IMG/VR virus record: IMGVR_UViG_3300044611_001018
DNA from: a virus
Lineage: Duplodnaviria; Caudoviricetes
Length of the DNA: 64,000 nt
Reading direction: 5' to 3' (one strand)
Below, one piece after another: positions 27,836 to 35,625 of the stretch (position 1 is the stretch's first letter; each line of letters begins with the position of its first letter). The notes beneath the pieces were generated by a model. That model was not told the DNA's origin, did no database searches, and saw only the letters and a list, made by a program, of their open reading frames with translations. The position numbers and the translations under genes are program-made.

Positions 27836-28246
27836 TCACTGTTTGGGGCAGTCGTCAACCCAGGGAGCACACAATCTCATTTCACCTCCAAGAACTGATT
27901 GGGCATAAGACCCATCTGGTGGTTTCTCTGAGTATCGTGGTTTAGGCATTCTAACCTTTCCATCGTCCCCTGTCAAGCGTTCATACTCTGCAATTGCTGC
28001 ATCAACATCACGCTTAATTCTTCTTTCAAGTTTCTTATCATCCTTAATCACAAACTCATTAAGTATTGTGCCTGGAAAATATTTTCTTTGAATTTCGTCC
28101 AGTAAGTCCCAAAGACCAGTCTCAGAAACTCCTGTGCATTGTGAAAGTGCTGCAATAATAGAAGATAATACTATACCGATTATTGCGTATTGTTTTATGT
28201 CTGGTTTTTTCTTACCAAGATTAAAATTAACCCTCATTACATTCAA
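27836..28246 (-). CDS. Hypothetical membrane-anchored protein
   Basis: N-terminal TM followed by Cys. Confidence 0.6.
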   Translation of the reverse strand: MNVMRVNFNLGKKKPDIKQYAIIGIVLSSIIAALSQCTGVSETGLWDLLDEIQRKYFPGTILNEFVIKDDKKLERRIKRDVDAAIAEYERLTGDDGKVRMPKPRYSEKPPDGSYAQSVLGGEMRLCAPWVDDCPKQ

Positions 28247-28456
28247 GATATTTTTGTATCACTTCATTATTTTTCTTTTGAACTTTCAAAAGTTCATCAT
28301 AATCCATACCCAAGTAAGAGGCAAAACCTTTTAGATCTTCATGCCCAAAAGTATTTAAATTGGAAGTTATAGATTTGTCTTGTGTCATAACTTTTATTTA
28401 AATTAAATTACTAAAAAAGGGAGTTCTGTAGAACTCCCCAATATTTATTCAGTTTG

Positions 28457-29104
28457 TTAAACTTCTACCGTGATCAGTTTAGAAGCATAATCATGAGCAT
28501 ACGAAGTGCGAGCACCATGATGCCCCCAACCAATCCAACTATACGCATAGTCCATGTAACGATTGATGGACTTACCAGGAGTTTTCATCCTGTCCTCAAT
28601 TCGTTGCCATTGAACCTCAGTCGTTAGATAACGAAGTTGCGTGTGAAGTGCTGATGGAGAACCACCATACCTCTTAGCAAAATCACCCAATCCATAATAA
28701 CGATCGGCAGATGTCCATTGAATCAGTCCGTAACCGCGTCCGCAGTTACTCCAACTGGTTCTACTACCACCTTCGCAAATGTTAGGAATAAAAGTTGATT
28801 CCTGACGAATATTGCCCATGATGGTAGCAAGGGCGTTTCTGTCTTTAATACCACGCTCCTGGAAAAATACCAGGGTAGCATTCTCATGTTCATTACACCC
28901 TTTACAAATAAGCCTTTTCTCTTTTGGCTTTGGTAGTGCAACCTCGCGGATTGCTGTCTTCTTTTCATCTACAAGATTCATTTTAATTGTCTCTTCCACT
29001 GGAGGTGGGGGACCTTGCATCTTGTAGTTGACGAATGGCAGTGATGCCGTACTGGTTGTAACCGATGCCAGAAGGGGCAGGGCTACTGTAAAGAAATTTT
29101 GCAT
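28457..29104 (-). CDS. Secreted lysozyme-like wall hydrolase (phage tail lysozyme family)
   Basis: Signal peptide, ATIMGNIRQES catalytic Glu, GYGLIQWT. Confidence 0.8.
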   Translation of the reverse strand: MQNFFTVALPLLASVTTSTASLPFVNYKMQGPPPPVEETIKMNLVDEKKTAIREVALPKPKEKRLICKGCNEHENATLVFFQERGIKDRNALATIMGNIRQESTFIPNICEGGSRTSWSNCGRGYGLIQWTSADRYYGLGDFAKRYGGSPSALHTQLRYLTTEVQWQRIEDRMKTPGKSINRYMDYAYSWIGWGHHGARTSYAHDYASKLITVEV

Positions 29105-29113
29105 TTAAATTGA

Positions 29114-29179
29114 TAGAACTCTACATCCGTATAGAAAGGGGGTACACCCTCTTTTCAAAGGGCACTTTCCACGGCTCTA
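29114..29179 (-). promoter_or_regulatory. Structured 5' leader of wall hydrolase
   Basis: Nested stems TAGAGC/GTTCTA, GGAAAG/CTTTCT, GCCCTTT-GAAA-AGAGGGT. Confidence 0.5.
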
Positions 29180-29322
29180 AATGTCACTTCAAGGACTCAT
29201 TATGACAAAACCCACCTTTTGAGTGGGTTCCCTGCATAATAAGTTATTATTTAGATTTTGTCAAGAATTCAATTTAAAACAAATACCACCTAAATAACAG
29301 TAGTGTTTACTACTTAAGAAAA

Positions 29323-29784
29323 ATGAAAAGACTTCTTCTAGTTTTTTCGTTATTCTTCATTACTCCTGCAAGTGCTGCTGAAATTACATCAAGAATTACT
29401 GATTCTGTTCAACTAAATGTTCAGGGTGCTGCGGTACAATCAACTCGAATTGGAGCATCTTATTCTGCTTCAGGTACAAATATTCAATCAACCTCCTTTG
29501 GTGGAGTGAATGGTGCTGGAACTTATGATATCAATACAGCAGGTCAAGCATTCAGTTTCTCAGAATCTTTCAATGCTGCTGATACGCCAGTCACCACTCA
29601 GTCGGTCAGTGGTGGAGTTATTGCTTCTCCCAACCTTTATGGGGATTCTGTTACTCAGTTAGCAGGAGACAAAGGTTCTCTCGCTGGTACATTATCACCT
29701 ACTGGTGTTCCTACAGTCACTGCTGGTGGTCCTGGAACCACCGCAACTGCACAACGTAGTATTGAGTTAAGCGTATTCAAATGA
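29323..29784 (+). CDS. Secreted Gly/Ser/Thr beta-rich protein
   Basis: Sec signal peptide (PASA/AE); late-type CTAAATA at 29290-29296. Confidence 0.75.
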   Translation: MKRLLLVFSLFFITPASAAEITSRITDSVQLNVQGAAVQSTRIGASYSASGTNIQSTSFGGVNGAGTYDINTAGQAFSFSESFNAADTPVTTQSVSGGVIASPNLYGDSVTQLAGDKGSLAGTLSPTGVPTVTAGGPGTTATAQRSIELSVFK

Positions 29785-30146
29785 GACATCTAACTCCCGT
29801 CTTGCTTTTAGCAGCGGGAGTCATTTGTACTCCTGCTATGGCTAATACTGTTGTGCCTAATTTTACTAGAGGTACAATCAACGCAACAACTGAATCAACT
29901 ACAAAAGTTATAGAAACAATTCGCCAAGTTGAATATGCAACTGGCACATCTTATACTGTGACTGGAACTAATATTAACATTCCTGGCACTCCTCAACAAG
30001 GAGCAAACTACAGTATTATGAATCAAGGTGCTCCCTTCCAGTTTAGTGAGACTTATCTCGGTCCTGGAGTGGCAAAGGAAACATGGATAGATCGCACCAC
30101 AGAAACCCAATCAACAACTACATCAATATCAGTCTTTACGCAGTAG
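29781..30146 (+). CDS. Secreted Thr-rich protein
   Basis: Signal peptide (PAMA/NT), ATGA-coupled. Confidence 0.75.
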   Translation: MRHLTPVLLLAAGVICTPAMANTVVPNFTRGTINATTESTTKVIETIRQVEYATGTSYTVTGTNINIPGTPQQGANYSIMNQGAPFQFSETYLGPGVAKETWIDRTTETQSTTTSISVFTQ

Positions 30147-30670
30147 CAACCATTTTAGTATTAACACTTGCAGGTTCTACCAGAAGTAAAGCACAACAAG
30201 CACCTTCTAATACAAATATTGCAGGACCTTCAGCATCTGCTACTGGTAATGTTACAAACCAGGCCGTGCAGGTGTTACAAGGTCCTTATGCAGTCAACAC
30301 TTATGGTGGAGGTGTAAGTTGTCAAGGACCAACCATGAGTTTTTCCCCATTTGTATTGGGAAGTATGAATGGTAGTCAAGACCCATCAACATTCCAATCC
30401 CATAATGGTAACGCTGGTGTCAGTATGGGATTTAACTTCCCTTTGGATGGGGGACTAACAGAACTTTGTAAAGAAAGAGCAAGGTCAGAAATCAAAAGAC
30501 AAAATGCTGAATCAGATAAAGCAAGACTTGATTTTGAATTAGTAAGACTTTTAAAGTGTGGTGAGGCAATCAAGTCTGGTATTACATTTCATCCAGAAAG
30601 TCCCTACCATAAAATCTGTGCCGACGTAGTTGTGAGGTATCCAAATGGATCTCATACCACCAATAAGTAA
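30083..30670 (+). CDS. Secreted/membrane protein with four Cys
   Basis: Hydrophobic N-terminal segment, GVSCQGPT, amphipathic beta hairpin, helical C-terminus. Confidence 0.7.
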   Translation: MDRSHHRNPINNYINISLYAVATILVLTLAGSTRSKAQQAPSNTNIAGPSASATGNVTNQAVQVLQGPYAVNTYGGGVSCQGPTMSFSPFVLGSMNGSQDPSTFQSHNGNAGVSMGFNFPLDGGLTELCKERARSEIKRQNAESDKARLDFELVRLLKCGEAIKSGITFHPESPYHKICADVVVRYPNGSHTTNK

Positions 30671-31514
30671 TGCAAATGGAATTGCCAATATAAAAACTAA
30701 TACCAACGAAGTACCAAAAGTTGGTATTAATGGTCCTAGTGTTATTTCAACAATAGAACCACCAGTTCTTCGTAGTGTAGAAGTTCCTGTTGTTCGTGGA
30801 ATGGCACTTCCAGTATTTGAAATGCCAAATACTTCTATTAAATATCCAATTATTAATGTACCTACACAAGAAGAGTTTGATGCTGCTGTAAGGGCGGATA
30901 AAGAAAAGCAGGCACAAGAAGATGCAGCAAAAAATAGAGGACTTCCAGACTCTACCCCCCCACCTCAACTGCCTCAAGTTACTCAAACCCCTCCCACACA
31001 AACACCTATTGCTGAGATACCAGCGGATAAACCAAAAACAACACCATCTTTTAGTGTTTATGGAGTCGATATTAATTTACCTGACCCTTCTCTTGTTGCT
31101 ACGGCTGGTGCTGTCGCAGTAGTAACCACTGCTGCTACAATGGCATCAACAACAGTTTTAAATGTAGTTAAAAACGCTGCTGAACCATTGATTAGAGAAG
31201 CAACAAAAAACAAATTTAAAATTAAAATTAAACAAGTTAAACCTGTTCTACATTATGTCATGTCAGACGGTGGACATGTTGATATATTTGAATACTCTGC
31301 AGATGGCACCCGCTTAGTAGCGCAGACAGATAACGTAGAGCAGTATATCCGCGACCAAGTAGAGACCAATGCTTACTATGAAATGGACAATAAAATTATT
31401 ATTGATGATGTAATGAAAGATAAATTCACAAAAGAGGGGCAAGAGAGATTTAAAGGTCTCTATGCCCCACCTAAAAAGATTGCTAAGAAGTTATCAGCTC
31501 GACTTTCTTTTTGA
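30645..31514 (+). CDS. Pro-rich protein with central hydrophobic Ala/Val/Thr helix
   Basis: 289 aa, last gene of plus-strand operon. Confidence 0.7.
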   Translation: MDLIPPISNANGIANIKTNTNEVPKVGINGPSVISTIEPPVLRSVEVPVVRGMALPVFEMPNTSIKYPIINVPTQEEFDAAVRADKEKQAQEDAAKNRGLPDSTPPPQLPQVTQTPPTQTPIAEIPADKPKTTPSFSVYGVDINLPDPSLVATAGAVAVVTTAATMASTTVLNVVKNAAEPLIREATKNKFKIKIKQVKPVLHYVMSDGGHVDIFEYSADGTRLVAQTDNVEQYIRDQVETNAYYEMDNKIIIDDVMKDKFTKEGQERFKGLYAPPKKIAKKLSARLSF

Positions 31515-31910
31515 TAGAAGTAGGTCGAAATCTTTCTTCTTTGTTCCACCATCATATTCCCAAGCATAACCTTCAGTAATCATTTGATTGTTGATGGAAA
31601 TCTCTTCACCATTGACATATAGATGACCAATGATACGACCATACTTTTCGGTACTATCAGGTAGTTCTGTTTTGATTAAAATATCTTTAGCAAATTTTAG
31701 TCTTTCTTTGAGCCAATCTTTAACTTCGAGACCAAGTTTCTTTTCATACGCATCAGTTGTCCTGCTCTCTGGGGTATCGATACCAGCAAGACGAATTCGC
31801 TTAGTAAGGGAGATATCAAAACCCAAATCAATGTCAGCGTCAATAGTGTCGCCATCTACTACCTTGTGAACTGAACGTATTCTATAGACGTAAGGATCTT
31901 TGTCAGCCAT
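31494..31910 (-). CDS. Thermonuclease (SNase-like) family nuclease
   Basis: VVDGDT, RIRLAGIDTPE, KYGR. Confidence 0.9.
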   Translation of the reverse strand: MADKDPYVYRIRSVHKVVDGDTIDADIDLGFDISLTKRIRLAGIDTPESRTTDAYEKKLGLEVKDWLKERLKFAKDILIKTELPDSTEKYGRIIGHLYVNGEEISINNQMITEGYAWEYDGGTKKKDFDLLLSKRKSS

Positions 31911-32122
31911 TAGAATGGTAATTTAAACTTCTCAGTATTTAGTTTGGGAATAGGTAGTTTTTCAAATGCCTTATTAACCTGCTTCTCTACAACGGCACCA
32001 ACAAACTCTTCTGGGTTGTTAAGAATCTTCTGTGCTTTCTGATAAGTTACATAAGCACCATAACAAAGTGCTCCACTAATCGCTAGACTTGTCGCTGACA
32101 GAATGATCGCTAGGTTCTTCAT
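31910..32122 (-). CDS. Small membrane-anchored protein
   Basis: N-terminal TM helix. Confidence 0.6.
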   Translation of the reverse strand: MKNLAIILSATSLAISGALCYGAYVTYQKAQKILNNPEEFVGAVVEKQVNKAFEKLPIPKLNTEKFKLPF

Positions 32123-32233
32123 CTTTCATTTCCTCAAATGCTAACCTTAATATGTAGTAAATGATATATGCAGTAAAGGCAAGTCCGCAGGATAATAATA
32201 TTACAACACCCCAAGGAAACTCACTCATAATAA

Positions 32234-33835
32234 TTACCTACTAATCTCTTCCCAGTCCATAGACCCGTGAATATCTGCACCATTAGAATTGGAAGAAGCA
32301 ACGAGAGAAAGTTCATAAGGTGTTCCTGTTAATGCATCCCTTTCCAACTGAAACTTAAATAATGCCTCTTTAAGAATATCAACTGGTGTTGAACCTTGAT
32401 TAGACCCGTACAAATATCCAGATGCTAATATTCTTCCACCAGTATAAGTTCCACCATCAATTTTATATTCCACAGAACTATCAATACCAGCATCGACCCA
32501 AGTTCCACCAACAGATGTTCCTGTTGCTCTTACTTGCCAGTTATAAACTGCATTGTTTGTAATACCAAGAATTGAAAGTGCAGTCATAATTACAATTGCA
32601 TCCAATCTATTTGGCGTTGCTTTAAGACGAATTGATAAAACAGTATAATAAGTTCCTGCAGTTGTTAAATCAACTGGTGTTTGAACAGGTGTTCCTGCTG
32701 CTTGCTGCAATCCACGAAGTTCATAACCACCCTCTGAAATTACAGTAGAACAAACTTGTTTTAATGTGCTCGCACTCGTTGTAATTCCAGTATTTGCAAT
32801 CTCATATCTCAAAGGTAATGATGCTGTTGTGATATAAGTTGTATTGATAAGATTTGCGTGATGGAATGAGTGGCAGTGAATAAACTTACCATCAACTACA
32901 AATCCTAGTCTTACCGTTCCAAGTCCCAACCATTCAATATCCATCCACATAATTTGTGCTTTGCTGATATCTAATGTGACACCAGATGGATTGAGATGCC
33001 CAGGACCAAGCATCGTATCAACATTCCAACTTGCTTGTGATACTCTTGTTTCTGTTGTAATTCCTGGAACATATGTTCTTTCTACAAAATATAAATTACT
33101 TCCATCAAGTTCTAAATACATCCCATTATCTGCACCAAAGTATCCTACTCTTTGACGAAGATTTGATTTTGTTGGATTCATTACAAACGTATTCAATACC
33201 TGTAATGATTTTCCTGGTTGATAAGAGAATACTTTTGTAGTTTCTCTGATGATTGATGCGGTGCTTCCAACACCAACAGTCATATTAATCAAACCTTGTG
33301 CTGTCGAAAATCCAACTGTTGAACCAGTACCAACAACTAAACCACTCCAAAGATTATTGTCTCTATATCTGTGAGATGAATCAAAGAGAGTGAGTGGAGT
33401 AGACATCCTCTGCCTACCAAATGCATCTGTTGCTATTGGTGGTAATTCGATATCAACAGTTCCTGTAACTGGAAATGGATTTGTGGTGCTGACTGGTGAA
33501 TTATTGAGGTTAATTGATACTTGTCCAGTGGTTCCAATACCTACAGTATTCAGTAATGTAGAAATACCGACTGGAAGATATGGTGTTGTTAATGCACCAC
33601 TGGTTCCAACTTCAACTATATGGGAATGAATTGGATTTTCTGGTGTACTTGTAACAGTTACTATTCCAGGAATACTAATATCACCATTAATTGTAATACT
33701 AGAACTTCCAAGAGATACTGGAAATGGATTGTCAACACTAACTGGTTGACCATCTTTAGTTGCAATATTATTAACTTCAAATAAAGATCTTTCTTGATTT
33801 AAATAATCTTGATTTTGTATATTCCACTGTGCCAT
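32234..33835 (-). CDS. Probable virion structural protein
   Basis: G/T/V-rich beta protein, repeated NPFPV motif, DAFGR. Confidence 0.6.
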   Translation of the reverse strand: MAQWNIQNQDYLNQERSLFEVNNIATKDGQPVSVDNPFPVSLGSSSITINGDISIPGIVTVTSTPENPIHSHIVEVGTSGALTTPYLPVGISTLLNTVGIGTTGQVSINLNNSPVSTTNPFPVTGTVDIELPPIATDAFGRQRMSTPLTLFDSSHRYRDNNLWSGLVVGTGSTVGFSTAQGLINMTVGVGSTASIIRETTKVFSYQPGKSLQVLNTFVMNPTKSNLRQRVGYFGADNGMYLELDGSNLYFVERTYVPGITTETRVSQASWNVDTMLGPGHLNPSGVTLDISKAQIMWMDIEWLGLGTVRLGFVVDGKFIHCHSFHHANLINTTYITTASLPLRYEIANTGITTSASTLKQVCSTVISEGGYELRGLQQAAGTPVQTPVDLTTAGTYYTVLSIRLKATPNRLDAIVIMTALSILGITNNAVYNWQVRATGTSVGGTWVDAGIDSSVEYKIDGGTYTGGRILASGYLYGSNQGSTPVDILKEALFKFQLERDALTGTPYELSLVASSNSNGADIHGSMDWEEISR

Positions 33836-33838
33836 AAA

Positions 33839-34159
33839 TCAATCAATCCATTCTAATTTTGAGGGGTGGTATCTTTTTGTATTTTTAATATTGAAGTTTT
33901 TTTCTTCTGCTGGATAAATTTGATGAACTACAGCACCTGGATATTCACCTTGAAGTTGTTCTCCCAAATCCCTCTTTGAAGGAATTCCATTTTTGGAGAC
34001 TAAATCAAGTCTATAAAGATTACCCTTCCACATAATATCCGCAGAGTATTCTTCCCCAACTTGTTGTGTTTGTGGTTCTGAATTATTAATATAAAGATTG
34101 CCGTTAAAATCTCCAGCAATCGTTACACTTTCTGACAAAAATTGTTTGAAAGATTTCAT
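33839..34159 (-). CDS. Hypothetical protein (MKSFKQFLSE-type N-terminus)
   Basis: N-terminus typical of T4-like head-associated proteins. Confidence 0.55.
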   Translation of the reverse strand: MKSFKQFLSESVTIAGDFNGNLYINNSEPQTQQVGEEYSADIMWKGNLYRLDLVSKNGIPSKRDLGEQLQGEYPGAVVHQIYPAEEKNFNIKNTKRYHPSKLEWID

Positions 34160-34183
34160 CTGAAACAATCCATTATATTATAT

Positions 34184-34930
34184 TTAGTATTTACCCTCCA
34201 CACAGTAATCTGACTTTTTATTTGGTGTATATTCCTTATAACCTTCTTGTGGATTCATCCATCCACAACCAATCAACCACTCCATCGTCATTGGAGTAGG
34301 TCTTACCTGTTCCCACAGTGGTCCTTTAGCACACATCTCCAAGTATTTGGCAGTTTGATTTAATTGTTCTTCTGCCCAGTTGGCATCTGCTTCCCAAGGA
34401 ACAGCACGACTTTGACCCATAGATTCATAAGCAAGTTTAGTCGTCTTCATCACCCAAGCAGGAATCTCAGAATCTTGATGAACTTGTGCCATAAAAGATG
34501 TTTTCAATCCACCACCCATACAATCCTGAACAGTGTGCCATCCTTCATGTCTTAGAGTTCCCAGAAACTCTCTAGGGTCTTGAATAAGACTTTCGTTAAT
34601 GAAGAAACGATTATATTCTGGTTTATATAAACCTATCGTTCTTGGTGTAAAGTATCTACTAGGACCAACATAAACTGGGACATCCAATTTGTTGAGTGCT
34701 ACTAGAATAGATTTGATTTCGGATCGAAAGGTATCAAACTCTTTACCAGATAAAAATGCAGATTCTGGTGTAAGTTGTTCGACTCCTTCTGTACATTCTC
34801 TGAGTATCATACAACCCATCGCTGCAAGGCTGTATGCTGGAACTGTTGGTTGTTTCTTTTCTAATGAACTAGCAAATGCGGGAAATGCCAGAGTTAATGA
34901 TAAACCAAATGCTGCAAAGAGTTTCTTCAT
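34184..34930 (-). CDS. Secreted HExxH zinc-metallopeptidase-like protein
   Basis: Signal peptide, LRHEGWHTVQDC, downstream WEADA. Confidence 0.65.
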   Translation of the reverse strand: MKKLFAAFGLSLTLAFPAFASSLEKKQPTVPAYSLAAMGCMILRECTEGVEQLTPESAFLSGKEFDTFRSEIKSILVALNKLDVPVYVGPSRYFTPRTIGLYKPEYNRFFINESLIQDPREFLGTLRHEGWHTVQDCMGGGLKTSFMAQVHQDSEIPAWVMKTTKLAYESMGQSRAVPWEADANWAEEQLNQTAKYLEMCAKGPLWEQVRPTPMTMEWLIGCGWMNPQEGYKEYTPNKKSDYCVEGKY

Positions 34931-35121
34931 TCTCTTCCCTCTTGTTTATGTATCCAGACCTTCAAATCTTTTACATATTTTCTTAATATTTCTGCTTGTG
35001 ATAAGTGCCAGTCATCTCCCGATTTAATATATGCCTTGATGTGTTCATCGACAGCATCAAGGCACTTTTTAATTACAGGATTCCAGGGTTCCCGAATTGG
35101 AGTATTCCATTCGCGTGGCAT
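34927..35121 (-). CDS. Small hypothetical protein
   Basis: 64-aa ORF in operon. Confidence 0.55.
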   Translation of the reverse strand: MPREWNTPIREPWNPVIKKCLDAVDEHIKAYIKSGDDWHLSQAEILRKYVKDLKVWIHKQEGRE

Positions 35122-35134
35122 AATACCTCATAAA

Positions 35135-35248
35135 TCATTTTTTCTTACCACCATTCTTTGCCTTTTTAGCAGTAGCATTACCCTGGTTCTGCTTGGATTG
35201 TTTTCCTCCAGCAGAACCTTTCTTACCTTTATTAGCAGACTTGGACAT
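35135..35248 (-). CDS. 37-aa Lys/Gly-rich basic peptide
   Basis: Manual translation MSKSANKGKKGSAGGKQSKQNQGNATAKKAKNGGKKK; RBS GGAG. Confidence 0.55.
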   Translation of the reverse strand: MSKSANKGKKGSAGGKQSKQNQGNATAKKAKNGGKKK

Positions 35249-35589
35249 TATGCTCCTGTGCGGGGTTGAACGTAACCTTCACCATCTTCCACCTTAGTTT
35301 CAAGTGCTTCAACTCTTGCTTCAAGAGTTTCTGGTGCTTCTGGTTCTGGTGGAGCAGCAGCAACTACTTCTTCCCTACGTGGTTCCTCTTTTTGGTCATC
35401 ATCATCTCCACCTTTCTTCATGGTGTTAATTCCAAAGGTTGCAGCGGAGGCAGTAAAAACGGTTGCGATAAAAGTTGGATCCATTTTAGCAAGAAGCCCA
35501 GCATACGATGCTGTCAGAAGTGCGGCAGACCAACTCAAAATCGAAATACGAATCAATTGTCCCATAGCGTTTTCCTTTTTCTTTTCCAT
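35248..35589 (-). CDS. Two-TM membrane protein (holin-like candidate)
   Basis: Two hydrophobic helices plus acidic tail. Confidence 0.5.
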   Translation of the reverse strand: MEKKKENAMGQLIRISILSWSAALLTASYAGLLAKMDPTFIATVFTASAATFGINTMKKGGDDDDQKEEPRREEVVAAAPPEPEAPETLEARVEALETKVEDGEGYVQPRTGA

Positions 35590-35625
35590 CAGTCCTGATG
35601 ATTGATGTACTTCTTATTTAGGTTT

